From: a virus
Taxonomy: Duplodnaviria; Caudoviricetes
Strand: one strand, 5' to 3'
DNA: 63,908 nt
Virus record (IMG/VR): IMGVR_UViG_3300048033_000958
Coordinates: 1 to 63,908 of that record
Part shown: positions 36,487-44,968 of the stretch, piece by piece
Layout: the number at the start of each line of letters is the position of its first letter
How positions within the stretch are numbered: position 1 is the first letter of the stretch
Notes under the pieces: generated by a model
The model's input: the letters and a program-made list of their open reading frames with translations, nothing else
Told to the model about the DNA's origin: nothing
Databases searched by the model: none
Made by a program: the position numbers and the translations under genes

Positions 36487-37525
36487 TTCTACTTTTCTTT
36501 AAAAACGAGTCTAAAGAAAGAAATGAGTTTCTCAACCAAGAGTCTACATTTGAAAAGGCAGTATATAGTTTATCATACATAAACATTTTCTTAAACTCTA
36601 CCATATCCAATTGTGCTTCTTGATTATCCATAATCTCACGAACATTTGACTTGATGGATGATGCGATTTCGGGGTCTTTGAGTTGCATCAACTGATAGTT
36701 CATCTCAATCGTTGTCACATTTTCAGTCAATTTTTGTGACAACTTATCATCACATTCGGTCTTGACTTTATCCATAAAACTATCCAAAGTCAATGTGTCT
36801 TCATTTAAGAATTGCATCTTTTTTAAGATTGTCTTAGGACCAACACCACGAACACCTTCGATATTATCAGATTTATCACCCTCTAAACAGCGATAGAATA
36901 CAAGATTTTGAGGTTTAACACCAAAGTCTTCCATCACAAGTGCTTCATCATACATCTTCTTCTTTGTAGGTGCATACACCTTGATTCGGTGATTTACCAA
37001 TTGTAAGAAATCCTTGTCTGATGAGATAATCGTAACTTCTTTCTTAAAGTAGTGGTTTGCGAGATATGCCATAATATCATCTGCTTCCACATAATCAATG
37101 TAGGTGAGGGAAATGGGTAGGACTTGTAAATACTCAATCAATCGTGAGAATTGATTTCTCATTGACTCCTGTTGGTCTTCCAAGTCCTCGTATCCTGCCA
37201 ATCTATTGATTTTAGTCAGACCAGTACGACCTTCCTTATAACCTTTATACATCTGCTTTCTACGATTTGACCCACCCTTACCATCAAACACGATAACAAC
37301 TCGTGTAGGTTTCAATCTTCGGATGGTTGCAGCAGTGGACAAGAGGAATCCTGTCACACCACCACAATGTTCTCCATCATCGTTCAACGCAGGCACTGCC
37401 CCAAATACTCTGATAAACTGATTTAGTCCATCAATAATTAAAACTCGGTCATTTAGACTCTCATCTTTCACTTCGTTGTGTTCTTGACTCACTTCTTTGA
37501 GGAGTTCTGCGTATCTATTATTCAT
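36479..37525 (-). CDS. 5'-3' exonuclease / T4 RNase H-like flap nuclease
   Basis: IIDGLN, FDG, YK..R, EADD, SSDKDFLQ, GDKSDNI.GV.GVG. Confidence 0.92.
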   Translation of the reverse strand: MNNRYAELLKEVSQEHNEVKDESLNDRVLIIDGLNQFIRVFGAVPALNDDGEHCGGVTGFLLSTAATIRRLKPTRVVIVFDGKGGSNRRKQMYKGYKEGRTGLTKINRLAGYEDLEDQQESMRNQFSRLIEYLQVLPISLTYIDYVEADDIMAYLANHYFKKEVTIISSDKDFLQLVNHRIKVYAPTKKKMYDEALVMEDFGVKPQNLVFYRCLEGDKSDNIEGVRGVGPKTILKKMQFLNEDTLTLDSFMDKVKTECDDKLSQKLTENVTTIEMNYQLMQLKDPEIASSIKSNVREIMDNQEAQLDMVEFKKMFMYDKLYTAFSNVDSWLRNSFLSLDSFLKKSRNG

Positions 37526-38651
37526 CGAAATCTGCTACTTCTACGTTATCTATGTTTGATTCTGCACTTGATTGTTTGTAAGACATAATATATGCATCAC
37601 AAATTTGTTGATAGATTGACTCTTTAATTTCGGGTCTATCCATTAGGATATCCTCAAAATTCTTGGCTTGGAATTTGATTTCCTCACCAGTCTCTTTATC
37701 TACATAAGTGTACCAAGCACCACTTTGATTTACCAACTTGTAACTCTTCATCATTTGTAACCAAGAACCATAGTTGTCGATACCACTATCAAAGTAGATA
37801 TCATAATCCACCGAGCGAAGTGGTGGCCCCATACGATTCTTGATGACTTGAGCACGGGTCTTAATACCCACAACTTGGTCAACACCACCAACCTTTGACT
37901 TCAACTGACCCATTTGTTTCAATCTCAATCTACAAGATGAGTGGAATGCAATTGCCTTACCACCACTCGTAGTCCAAGGGTCACCAAATGATACACCCAA
38001 TCGGGTTCTCAACTGATTTGTAAAGATTAGTGAAATTCGCTCTCTTCCAATAAGGTTAGTTACCTTTCTCATTGCCTTCGAGATGATGATGGCTTTCTGA
38101 GTTGCGTAACCTGCTTGGTCATAATCTGCTGAAATCTCAACTTTAGTAGATGCACCTGCAACGGAGTCTACCACGATTGTAACCAACTTCTTTTTGTCAG
38201 AAGAACGGACTGATTCAATGATTGAATCAATTGCTTCGAAGATGTCTTCCACAGTCTCCAATGGAACATACAACATCTTGTTTACATCTACACCAATTGC
38301 TTCTAAGAACTCTTGATTCATTGCGTTCTCGGTGTCAATGTAGACCCCAAGACCACCCTTCTTTTGAGTATCAGCGATTGAGTGAGCTGCGAGTAATGAT
38401 TTACCACTTCCTTCCAACCCTGTAATCTCAGTAATACGACCCACTGGTAATCCACCATTTGGTCTATTTGAGATTGCCAAGTCTAACATAGGAGACCCCG
38501 TTGATACCCACTCATCCAAGTCGGTTGGGGTTGTCTCCTCCCCATCCAAGAAGTAAGCCACCTTGTGGGCAGACTTAAACTTCTTGTTTAGGTTGTCAGC
38601 GAGGATAGAAGACAGTTCATCACGAGAACTTTCCTTCTTCTTCTTAGCCAT
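37518..38651 (-). CDS. recA: RecA/UvsX recombinase
   Basis: GGLPVGRITEI.GLEGSGKS, IDTE, VVDSVA, FTNQLR, GG.A..F, KNR. Confidence 0.95.
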   Translation of the reverse strand: MAKKKKESSRDELSSILADNLNKKFKSAHKVAYFLDGEETTPTDLDEWVSTGSPMLDLAISNRPNGGLPVGRITEITGLEGSGKSLLAAHSIADTQKKGGLGVYIDTENAMNQEFLEAIGVDVNKMLYVPLETVEDIFEAIDSIIESVRSSDKKKLVTIVVDSVAGASTKVEISADYDQAGYATQKAIIISKAMRKVTNLIGRERISLIFTNQLRTRLGVSFGDPWTTSGGKAIAFHSSCRLRLKQMGQLKSKVGGVDQVVGIKTRAQVIKNRMGPPLRSVDYDIYFDSGIDNYGSWLQMMKSYKLVNQSGAWYTYVDKETGEEIKFQAKNFEDILMDRPEIKESIYQQICDAYIMSYKQSSAESNIDNVEVADFDE

Positions 38652-38656
38652 ACTAA

Positions 38657-39418
38657 TTAGTCGTTAAATAAATCATCGAATGCATCTTTTACGTTAGATG
38701 CAGGAGAAGTTGCTTGAGTTGGTTGAGATGTTTCTGCAACTGGTTGTTCTTTAGTATCAGTTACTTCACCAGTTTCCAACCATTCTTTCAACATTGTTTC
38801 CATTTCTTCATAAGAAACTCTCTTAAACATATTTGGAAGTTCGATTTGGTCTTTTGCCATTTCCAATACATTTGAGTCCTCTGAGATAGGAGTTGTGTTA
38901 GGTTTTACACGAATGTAAGTCTCTGGGTATGATTTACCCAACTCTGCAGCAGTTTTGAATTCTACTGTTACATCACGACCATTTACAGGGTCAGTCAAGT
39001 CACCATAGTCTGGGTCTGCAAAGAATCCCAACAGTTCTTGGTAAACATTTTTACCGAATCCCCAAAACTTAACACCTTCAGATTCTTCACCACGAACCAA
39101 TACTGGAACGTAAGTTCTCATCTTAGGGGTTAGTTTACGAGACAATTGGTAATCTTCACGATTTCCAGTTGCTTTCAACTTTTCTGCGAATTCTAATAGT
39201 GGGTCTGCTTCACCGAAAGAAGATGGTGAAATGATGTTCTTACCACCAAATCCAAAGTGGAAGTAAAGTTCGATAAATGGATTTGAAGTGTTGTGTACAT
39301 AAGGCAAAATACGAATTTGTTGTTTGCCAGGTTGAGGTTTCCAAAGATTATCAGTCTTTGTTACTTTTGTTTGAAGTGTGTTCAAACGATTGCGGATTGC
39401 GTTTAAATCAATTGCCAT
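38657..39418 (-). CDS. Single-stranded DNA-binding protein (gp32-like)
   Basis: WKP..IRILP, FWGFGK, DPVNGRD, acidic tail AFDDLFND. Confidence 0.88.
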   Translation of the reverse strand: MAIDLNAIRNRLNTLQTKVTKTDNLWKPQPGKQQIRILPYVHNTSNPFIELYFHFGFGGKNIISPSSFGEADPLLEFAEKLKATGNREDYQLSRKLTPKMRTYVPVLVRGEESEGVKFWGFGKNVYQELLGFFADPDYGDLTDPVNGRDVTVEFKTAAELGKSYPETYIRVKPNTTPISEDSNVLEMAKDQIELPNMFKRVSYEEMETMLKEWLETGEVTDTKEQPVAETSQPTQATSPASNVKDAFDDLFND

Positions 39419-39457
39419 AATTGTTCCTTTTTAATTGTTATTTGTTAAACTTAGTCA

Positions 39458-39489
39458 CTAATATACAACATTTGGGTGACAAATCCAAA
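39458..39489 (-). promoter_or_regulatory. Bacteroidota-type promoter
   Basis: TTTG-N20-TATATTAG upstream of gp32. Confidence 0.75.
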
Positions 39490-39558
39490 TGTATTTCAAA
39501 ATTATTTTTTCAATGTTCAATTTGTAGTGATACTACTGGTATAAATATGGTTCTGAAG

Positions 39559-39945
39559 TTAATTAACATCAATAATTCGGAACAAACTTGTCGTCATTAT
39601 CTTGTATCCATCACCATCGGTTAGTATAACTGAATTTCTATATTTCTGCCAATCTACTTGGTATGATTTATCTAAAACACCACCATTCTCAGTACTAATC
39701 ACTCGATTTAATGCATTGATGGTGTACATCGTGTTAGATTCTTTCTTTCTATGTACCATAATCGTTGATGGTAGGAATTTTACTGAATTTGGAATGATAT
39801 TGTAACTAATCACCAATTCCCTGGAAGGGTCTAACTTCAATACGAAAATCTTGCGACTGAATAACTCGAAATCTCTTAGTATTCTATCAACAAGACCTTC
39901 AAACTCACTTTCATTAGTGAATGTGCATAATAGTTGTGTTCTCAC
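39559..39945 (-). CDS. Phage hypothetical protein
   Basis: 128-aa ORF (QLLCTF..HRKKESNTMYTINALN) with AGGAG upstream. Confidence 0.7.
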   Translation of the reverse strand: MRTQLLCTFTNESEFEGLVDRILRDFELFSRKIFVLKLDPSRELVISYNIIPNSVKFLPSTIMVHRKKESNTMYTINALNRVISTENGGVLDKSYQVDWQKYRNSVILTDGDGYKIMTTSLFRIIDVN

Positions 39946-39955
39946 TCATTATCTC

Positions 39956-41650
39956 CTATACCAATGGGAATGAACCACCCGATGAAATCTTCACCGAAGA
40001 TACTTCCATACCCAAAAAGTGCATAATACCATTGAACATACCTTTACCAAGTCGTTTAATAGCATCAAATGCCTGCTTTATTCTCTTTAATATTGCATCC
40101 AAGATTTTCTTTGCTTGTGACTTTATCTTAGATGATACGTTTTTCAGACCTTTAGATAATTTGTTAAATATTTGGAACTCATTGAGTTGTTGCTCATTTG
40201 CTTCATTCAACATACTCATACCATATTCTGATTTTGAGAACTCCTCAACTACGATATCTCTAAATGTCTCTACTTCCTCACCCAACATTTGCTTTTTACT
40301 CATTTTCTTTGTTCTCAAAGCAAGGTATGGTTTAGAACCACCACCACCCGTCTTAAATGATACATAGAATGAGTTAGATTGTGCAAGTGGTTTTGCATCT
40401 TCAATCTTTTTCATAGGTAAGTGTGCTGTAATCCTTCCATTACCTGGGTTGAACTCAATCAACTCGTTTGCAATTGCATTTTTATCTGCAAACTTATTAG
40501 TTCCAGTTGCGGCCTCAAAGCAAAAGCATGACTTAAAGTATATATCCTTAAATACCGAAGACATATCTTTATTTATTTCTTGAGCATTAAGTTGAAGTTG
40601 TTCCATCTCGGCAATGGTCTTCTCTTGGTCTGGGGTTAGTTTCTGACCACTATCCCTCAACTTCTCAAGTGCTGAAATTGTGCCTTTTTGACTCATTCTA
40701 CCCATTTTGTCTTCTAATGTGTTTAAGAATGAATCCAATATTTTAGGTTTATTTTCACCGACCATCTTCATAGCAGCCGAGAAGGTTGCTAATGCCTCTT
40801 CTTGACCACCACTCATCAATTGTGACCCACCTGCTTTCTTTAGTGAGATTCTTTCATCACTACTACCTAAAATATCAGTTTTTGGTGTTTTATTAGAACC
40901 ACCCCAATCTGAGTTTAGTGCTGCAGTTGATGCACCTAATTGTGAAAGTGATTTAGATTTAATTTCTTTTCTGAATGAGGCTGCTATTGCTTTTGCATCA
41001 TCACCATAATCTGCCCAAAACTTCTCGGCACGTTCCCACTCGTAACCTTCAAATGTATTATTGTATGCAACGATGATTAGAGATTCCCAATCTTCACCAC
41101 TTGGCATTGCCTTACCCGATTTTAAATGGGTAAAATATGAAGAAGCATAACCCGTGCTCTTTGATGCAACCTTAAACTCAGTTCCATCGGGAAATTGTAG
41201 TGTTTTTTGGTATTCACCATCACCATAATCGGGGTCACCTGCTTTATCGGTTACGATAGTAAGAACATCACCCTTTTTTAGTTTCTTGGCAAATGGCGGT
41301 GGTGTAGATACAATGATTTGGTGACCTGGTTTGTATTTTGGGTCTAAGAAACTTGCTTCATTCAAAGCATCTCTCTCTGCTTGAGTCATCATTGCTTTTT
41401 GGTCATCGGAGTCAAAGTCATCTTGTGGTTCAGTATCTACTGAATCTTCAGAATCATCCTTCTTTTCCTCTTCTTCCGCTTCCAATAAGTTTTTGATGAG
41501 TTGTTCTGCGAAGTCTTCACCTACGATTTCAGAAACTACCTTATATGTAGCTTTCAACGACTCCTCTTCAGTAATACCCTCTTTTAAGGATACACCTACT
41601 TCATTCCACACTTGCTTTGCTATGTAATTGATAAGTTTCTTCATAAACAT
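39956..41650 (-). CDS. Large hypothetical protein, possible PD-(D/E)XK-like domain and head-protease cleavage motifs
   Basis: TPKTDI..ISLKK; repeated LLE/LNE motifs and an acidic linker. Confidence 0.5.
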   Translation of the reverse strand: MFMKKLINYIAKQVWNEVGVSLKEGITEEESLKATYKVVSEIVGEDFAEQLIKNLLEAEEEEKKDDSEDSVDTEPQDDFDSDDQKAMMTQAERDALNEASFLDPKYKPGHQIIVSTPPPFAKKLKKGDVLTIVTDKAGDPDYGDGEYQKTLQFPDGTEFKVASKSTGYASSYFTHLKSGKAMPSGEDWESLIIVAYNNTFEGYEWERAEKFWADYGDDAKAIAASFRKEIKSKSLSQLGASTAALNSDWGGSNKTPKTDILGSSDERISLKKAGGSQLMSGGQEEALATFSAAMKMVGENKPKILDSFLNTLEDKMGRMSQKGTISALEKLRDSGQKLTPDQEKTIAEMEQLQLNAQEINKDMSSVFKDIYFKSCFCFEAATGTNKFADKNAIANELIEFNPGNGRITAHLPMKKIEDAKPLAQSNSFYVSFKTGGGGSKPYLALRTKKMSKKQMLGEEVETFRDIVVEEFSKSEYGMSMLNEANEQQLNEFQIFNKLSKGLKNVSSKIKSQAKKILDAILKRIKQAFDAIKRLGKGMFNGIMHFLGMEVSSVKISSGGSFPLV

Positions 41651-41656
41651 AAATAT

Positions 41657-42880
41657 CTAAAGATTGACCTTAACCATATCTTTGTAATTATCTCCTATTT
41701 CAATATCAGTTGGAAACCCATCGGACTCCATAACATTCTTTATTTCCAAAATATACTCTAACCCATCACTTGGGTCAACATCGAACAAAATCGAGTCATA
41801 AGTATAAAGAATTGGTAAAGATTTTTGAGATTGTCTCATATTCGACAATTTCTCTAATATAAGTATGTTTCTTTCAGTCTCAACCGCTTGTAAAATATAG
41901 TTAAATAACTTATTTTTATTCAAATCTGAGTTATATACCAACTTTCTTTTAAGTATAGGGGTATATGTCTCCTTCTTCACCAAAAACTCACTCCAAAGTG
42001 ACTCTACATACTCCGAGGTCTTACTAAAGAATGGAATGTGTTTGTATTCATCCTGCACCCCACCATATAATTGTCTAAATGTGATTGCTTTTGCATCTTT
42101 GAGGTCTGCACCATATTGGTCTGCCAACCACTTGTGTGCTTTAATGTCTAATGGTATATCCACACCTATCAATTTAGCAATCAAACGAATGTGATACCCA
42201 TCGAAATCTAACTGATACAACTTACCACCCTCAAATCGTGATATAAACCTCTTACGAGTGTCACCATCTTTTGGTAATGCCGCATAATTGACTCCACCAA
42301 ATGCATTAGATGGTCGTGAGGTCGTTGTAAGTGGGTTATATTGGGTGTATTCCAATCGAGTATCGGTATGAAGACCACCCAATTCAATCCAATTCAAACA
42401 CTTTGGGTATAATTGACTGAACTTACTTGGAGTCACATCTACCCACTTCTTCTTCCACTCTTGGAATTGTTCGTAATGTTTCCAAATTGGAATGAGGTCA
42501 TTTGCTTTGGGTGCTTTCCTTCTTCTGAATATGGTGTAAATGGGTTTCTCCTCTACATCAAAATCCCTTGCTTCGTGGAATAGACTCATTTCGAGGTCAT
42601 ACATATTAGGTAAGAAATCGTAGTGGTGTAAGAAATCTTTCATTCCAACTATCATTACCTCTTCGAATGGACTAAAGTCTATCGTATGACTTACACAACT
42701 CGCATCTATGTTGTTATAATTCACAAATAGGTCAGTTACCCCATCGGATACCAAAATAGCAGATATACGAGTTTGGTGAGGGTGTCTCCCCAAACTTGTT
42801 AGAATGGGAAACACCAACACCTTACTTGACAGGGCAGAGATGCGTTTATGTAATCTTTCGTTTGTATCTACTATCTTCAC
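41657..42880 (-). CDS. Divergent, compact family A DNA polymerase
   Basis: TTSRPS, motif A DFDGYHIRL, motif B KAITFRQLYG, NYILQ, motif C YTYDSILFD; GTG start. Confidence 0.82.
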   Translation of the reverse strand: MKIVDTNERLHKRISALSSKVLVFPILTSLGRHPHQTRISAILVSDGVTDLFVNYNNIDASCVSHTIDFSPFEEVMIVGMKDFLHHYDFLPNMYDLEMSLFHEARDFDVEEKPIYTIFRRRKAPKANDLIPIWKHYEQFQEWKKKWVDVTPSKFSQLYPKCLNWIELGGLHTDTRLEYTQYNPLTTTSRPSNAFGGVNYAALPKDGDTRKRFISRFEGGKLYQLDFDGYHIRLIAKLIGVDIPLDIKAHKWLADQYGADLKDAKAITFRQLYGGVQDEYKHIPFFSKTSEYVESLWSEFLVKKETYTPILKRKLVYNSDLNKNKLFNYILQAVETERNILILEKLSNMRQSQKSLPILYTYDSILFDVDPSDGLEYILEIKNVMESDGFPTDIEIGDNYKDMVKVNL

Positions 42881-42885
42881 GAAGG

Positions 42886-42917
42886 GTAATATACGAAATT
42901 ATGTTCTATAAACCAAC
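42886..42917 (-). promoter_or_regulatory. Bacteroidota-type promoter (variant)
   Basis: GTTG-N20-TATATTAC upstream of PolA-like gene. Confidence 0.55.
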
Positions 42918-43087
42918 TTTTTCGAGCAGTTTCTTGAACCCAAGTCCCAATGGTCTGGATTCTCACCTCGACTGGTGAGGTGTTTTTTACGGAGTTCAAC
43001 CATAACTTCCCACTCGTGTGAGGTTAGTCCCTTCCATTGGAGCTTGTTGGACATTTGAAGCCATTGGGTTTTTTCTGATTGTGTCAT
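42899..43087 (-). CDS. Small hypothetical protein
   Basis: 62-aa ORF in small-gene cluster. Confidence 0.5.
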   Translation of the reverse strand: MTQSEKTQWLQMSNKLQWKGLTSHEWEVMVELRKKHLTSRGENPDHWDLGSRNCSKKLVYRT

Positions 43088-43090
43088 ATC

Positions 43091-43306
43091 TTATCGGTAA
43101 AGGGTTACTATCGAACCAAAGTTCTTATCAAACACTTGAAGAAGGTTTTCGTAATCACCACTCTTCATTTCTTCCATAATTTGGTTACCATCCAACCCCA
43201 ATTGGGAAGCCAGTTTTTTGGCAGTTCCAAGAAGGAAGAATGCGTTACCTTGAGGACCAGTAAGGTCAATCTCAATTCCGTTAGTTTTAGGTTTCTGAAC
43301 AATCAT
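43091..43306 (-). CDS. Small phage hypothetical protein
   Basis: IDLTGPQGNAFFLLG..SGDYENLL. Confidence 0.75.
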   Translation of the reverse strand: MIVQKPKTNGIEIDLTGPQGNAFFLLGTAKKLASQLGLDGNQIMEEMKSGDYENLLQVFDKNFGSIVTLYR

Positions 43307-43309
43307 ATC

Positions 43310-43606
43310 TTATTTGTTTAGTATAATCATACTTAGTGGGACATTGTAAGAACCAACACGACCATAAGAAGGTCCGTTTAGAACTTCAACAACTGCTTTG
43401 GTTCGGTTGATTTTCGTAACTCGACATTGTTTACCCTTCATCTTAGGGTGGTCAACACTCACATTAGCACCGACATAAAGTTGTTCTTTGATGCCCATCG
43501 CAGATTCACTACGTTTCATCTTAATCACTTCAACTACTTTCTTGTTCAACACTCGTAGTTCTTCAACACTCAACTGATTTAATTCTTGGTAAGTCATATT
43601 TTTCAT
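43310..43606 (-). CDS. Small protein with SH3/KOW-like C-terminus
   Basis: VGANVSV..VTKINRTKAVV..YNVPLSMI. Confidence 0.7.
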   Translation of the reverse strand: MKNMTYQELNQLSVEELRVLNKKVVEVIKMKRSESAMGIKEQLYVGANVSVDHPKMKGKQCRVTKINRTKAVVEVLNGPSYGRVGSYNVPLSMIILNK

Positions 43607-43637
43607 TGTTTAATTATTAACTCTCAATCTTACACTA

Positions 43638-43694
43638 CTAATATAGTGATTATTTGGGAAACCACCAAATCCGTAATGTTAAGAAATTGTTAAA
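43638..43694 (-). promoter_or_regulatory. Bacteroidota-type promoter with TTAACA-N5-TTAACA box
   Basis: -7 element 43638-43645, -33 element 43666-43669, repeat 43677-43693. Confidence 0.78.
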
Positions 43695-43696
43695 CT

Positions 43697-44047
43697 TTAG
43701 TAACCAATAAACTCAAGTTCAACTGAAGGAATGATACCTTTATTCACTCCGTAAGGGTATTCTTCGTTCAACCAATAGTTTTGAACCATATCTAAGTTCT
43801 TCAAAGCATCATTGTAGATGTCTTCTATATCGAACCCAATACCATACCCACAAGGGTCAATCACCGAAGCAACCTCTCTTAGGAGTTCTTCGTTTTCTTG
43901 TTTAAAAGACTTTTTCAAAGCAAGTCTCAATTCGGCTTTCATCAAATCAGCAACCTTGTCATTGTGGTCATACATTTCCTTGTTCCAAGGTCTCGTGATT
44001 TCGATTCCGTATTTAGTACCTAATACCTTCATATTATAGTGTATCAA
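43697..44047 (-). CDS. Hypothetical protein
   Basis: 116-aa ORF; true start may be the second Met. Confidence 0.65.
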   Translation of the reverse strand: MIHYNMKVLGTKYGIEITRPWNKEMYDHNDKVADLMKAELRLALKKSFKQENEELLREVASVIDPCGYGIGFDIEDIYNDALKNLDMVQNYWLNEEYPYGVNKGIIPSVELEFIGY

Positions 44048-44366
44048 TTAGTTTAACAAGTTCTTGAGCGTATTGTTTCGTGTTCCAAGAGTAGTAAGTG
44101 TCAGTTGAGTCAATGTTCATATTGATTTTAGGAACTCTCAACCAAAATCCAGTATAAGTTCTACTACCACCAGAAGTGTAGTATCTATATCCAGCAGGAG
44201 AACTCCACTTTTCACAACTTGATTCGAGACACGAGTTTTGGATACCCAACTCAGTTAGTAATTGACTAACCTTGTTAAGGTTTGGCATTCTTGAACTTTC
44301 ACAAATACCCAATCCGGCTTTCTTACGAAGGGCATTTAATGTCTTTTGGTTTTTCATCTCTCTCAT
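44034..44366 (-). CDS. Hypothetical protein
   Basis: 110-aa ORF directly after a promoter. Confidence 0.65.
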   Translation of the reverse strand: MREMKNQKTLNALRKKAGLGICESSRMPNLNKVSQLLTELGIQNSCLESSCEKWSSPAGYRYYTSGGSRTYTGFWLRVPKINMNIDSTDTYYSWNTKQYAQELVKLIDTL

Positions 44367-44376
44367 TATTACATAG

Positions 44377-44433
44377 TAAATATAGTGAAAGGTGGTGACT
44401 TTACCAAATGTTTAATGTTAAGAAATTGTTAAA
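44377..44433 (-). promoter_or_regulatory. Bacteroidota-type promoter with TTAACA-N5-TTAACA box
   Basis: -7 variant 44377-44384, -33 element 44405-44408; 21 bp (44413-44433) identical to 43674-43694. Confidence 0.75.
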
Positions 44434-44968
44434 GTTTTACGAACTCTGAATAGTTTGTGATGTAGTTTGAGATACCTTTGATGTCTTTTTCGGCAGTTCT
44501 AACCTGTCTTTGGTTTACTATAACTGCATCATCTCTTAGTTTCCAAGCAAGTTCTAAGGTTTTATAGTGTTCTGGTTGAAGTTCATTAAAGGTGTCTTCA
44601 CTTACTTCTACTATTATACCATTGAAGTGTCTTTTTGCAAAGAAACGATAATAAAATCCATTATCATAATCCTCTTGAGTAGGTACATTTTTTTGATACC
44701 TTGCAAATACAAATGAGTCTATGGTATCTTCTAGTAGGGAGTCGTATTTAAAATTAGTTTTGTTTGAAGATTGTGATAGGTCTATGTAAGGTACTAATTT
44801 TTTAGATATATTTTTTACATAAGATGATTTAGTAAATACCTCACCTGTAATATAGGTATGATAATCACCAACGTATTCAGTACCATCTTCCAACATCCAC
44901 TCTTTACCTTGTGTATAGAGTCCTTTTTGGATTTGACCTTCGGGGTAATATATCTTCTTTCTACTCAT
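44429..44968 (-). CDS. Hypothetical protein of the baseplate region
   Basis: LYT.GKEW..YVGDYH, PTQEDY..G...RFF; start probably MSRKK at 44968. Confidence 0.65.
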   Translation of the reverse strand: MSRKKIYYPEGQIQKGLYTQGKEWMLEDGTEYVGDYHTYITGEVFTKSSYVKNISKKLVPYIDLSQSSNKTNFKYDSLLEDTIDSFVFARYQKNVPTQEDYDNGFYYRFFAKRHFNGIIVEVSEDTFNELQPEHYKTLELAWKLRDDAVIVNQRQVRTAEKDIKGISNYITNYSEFVKL

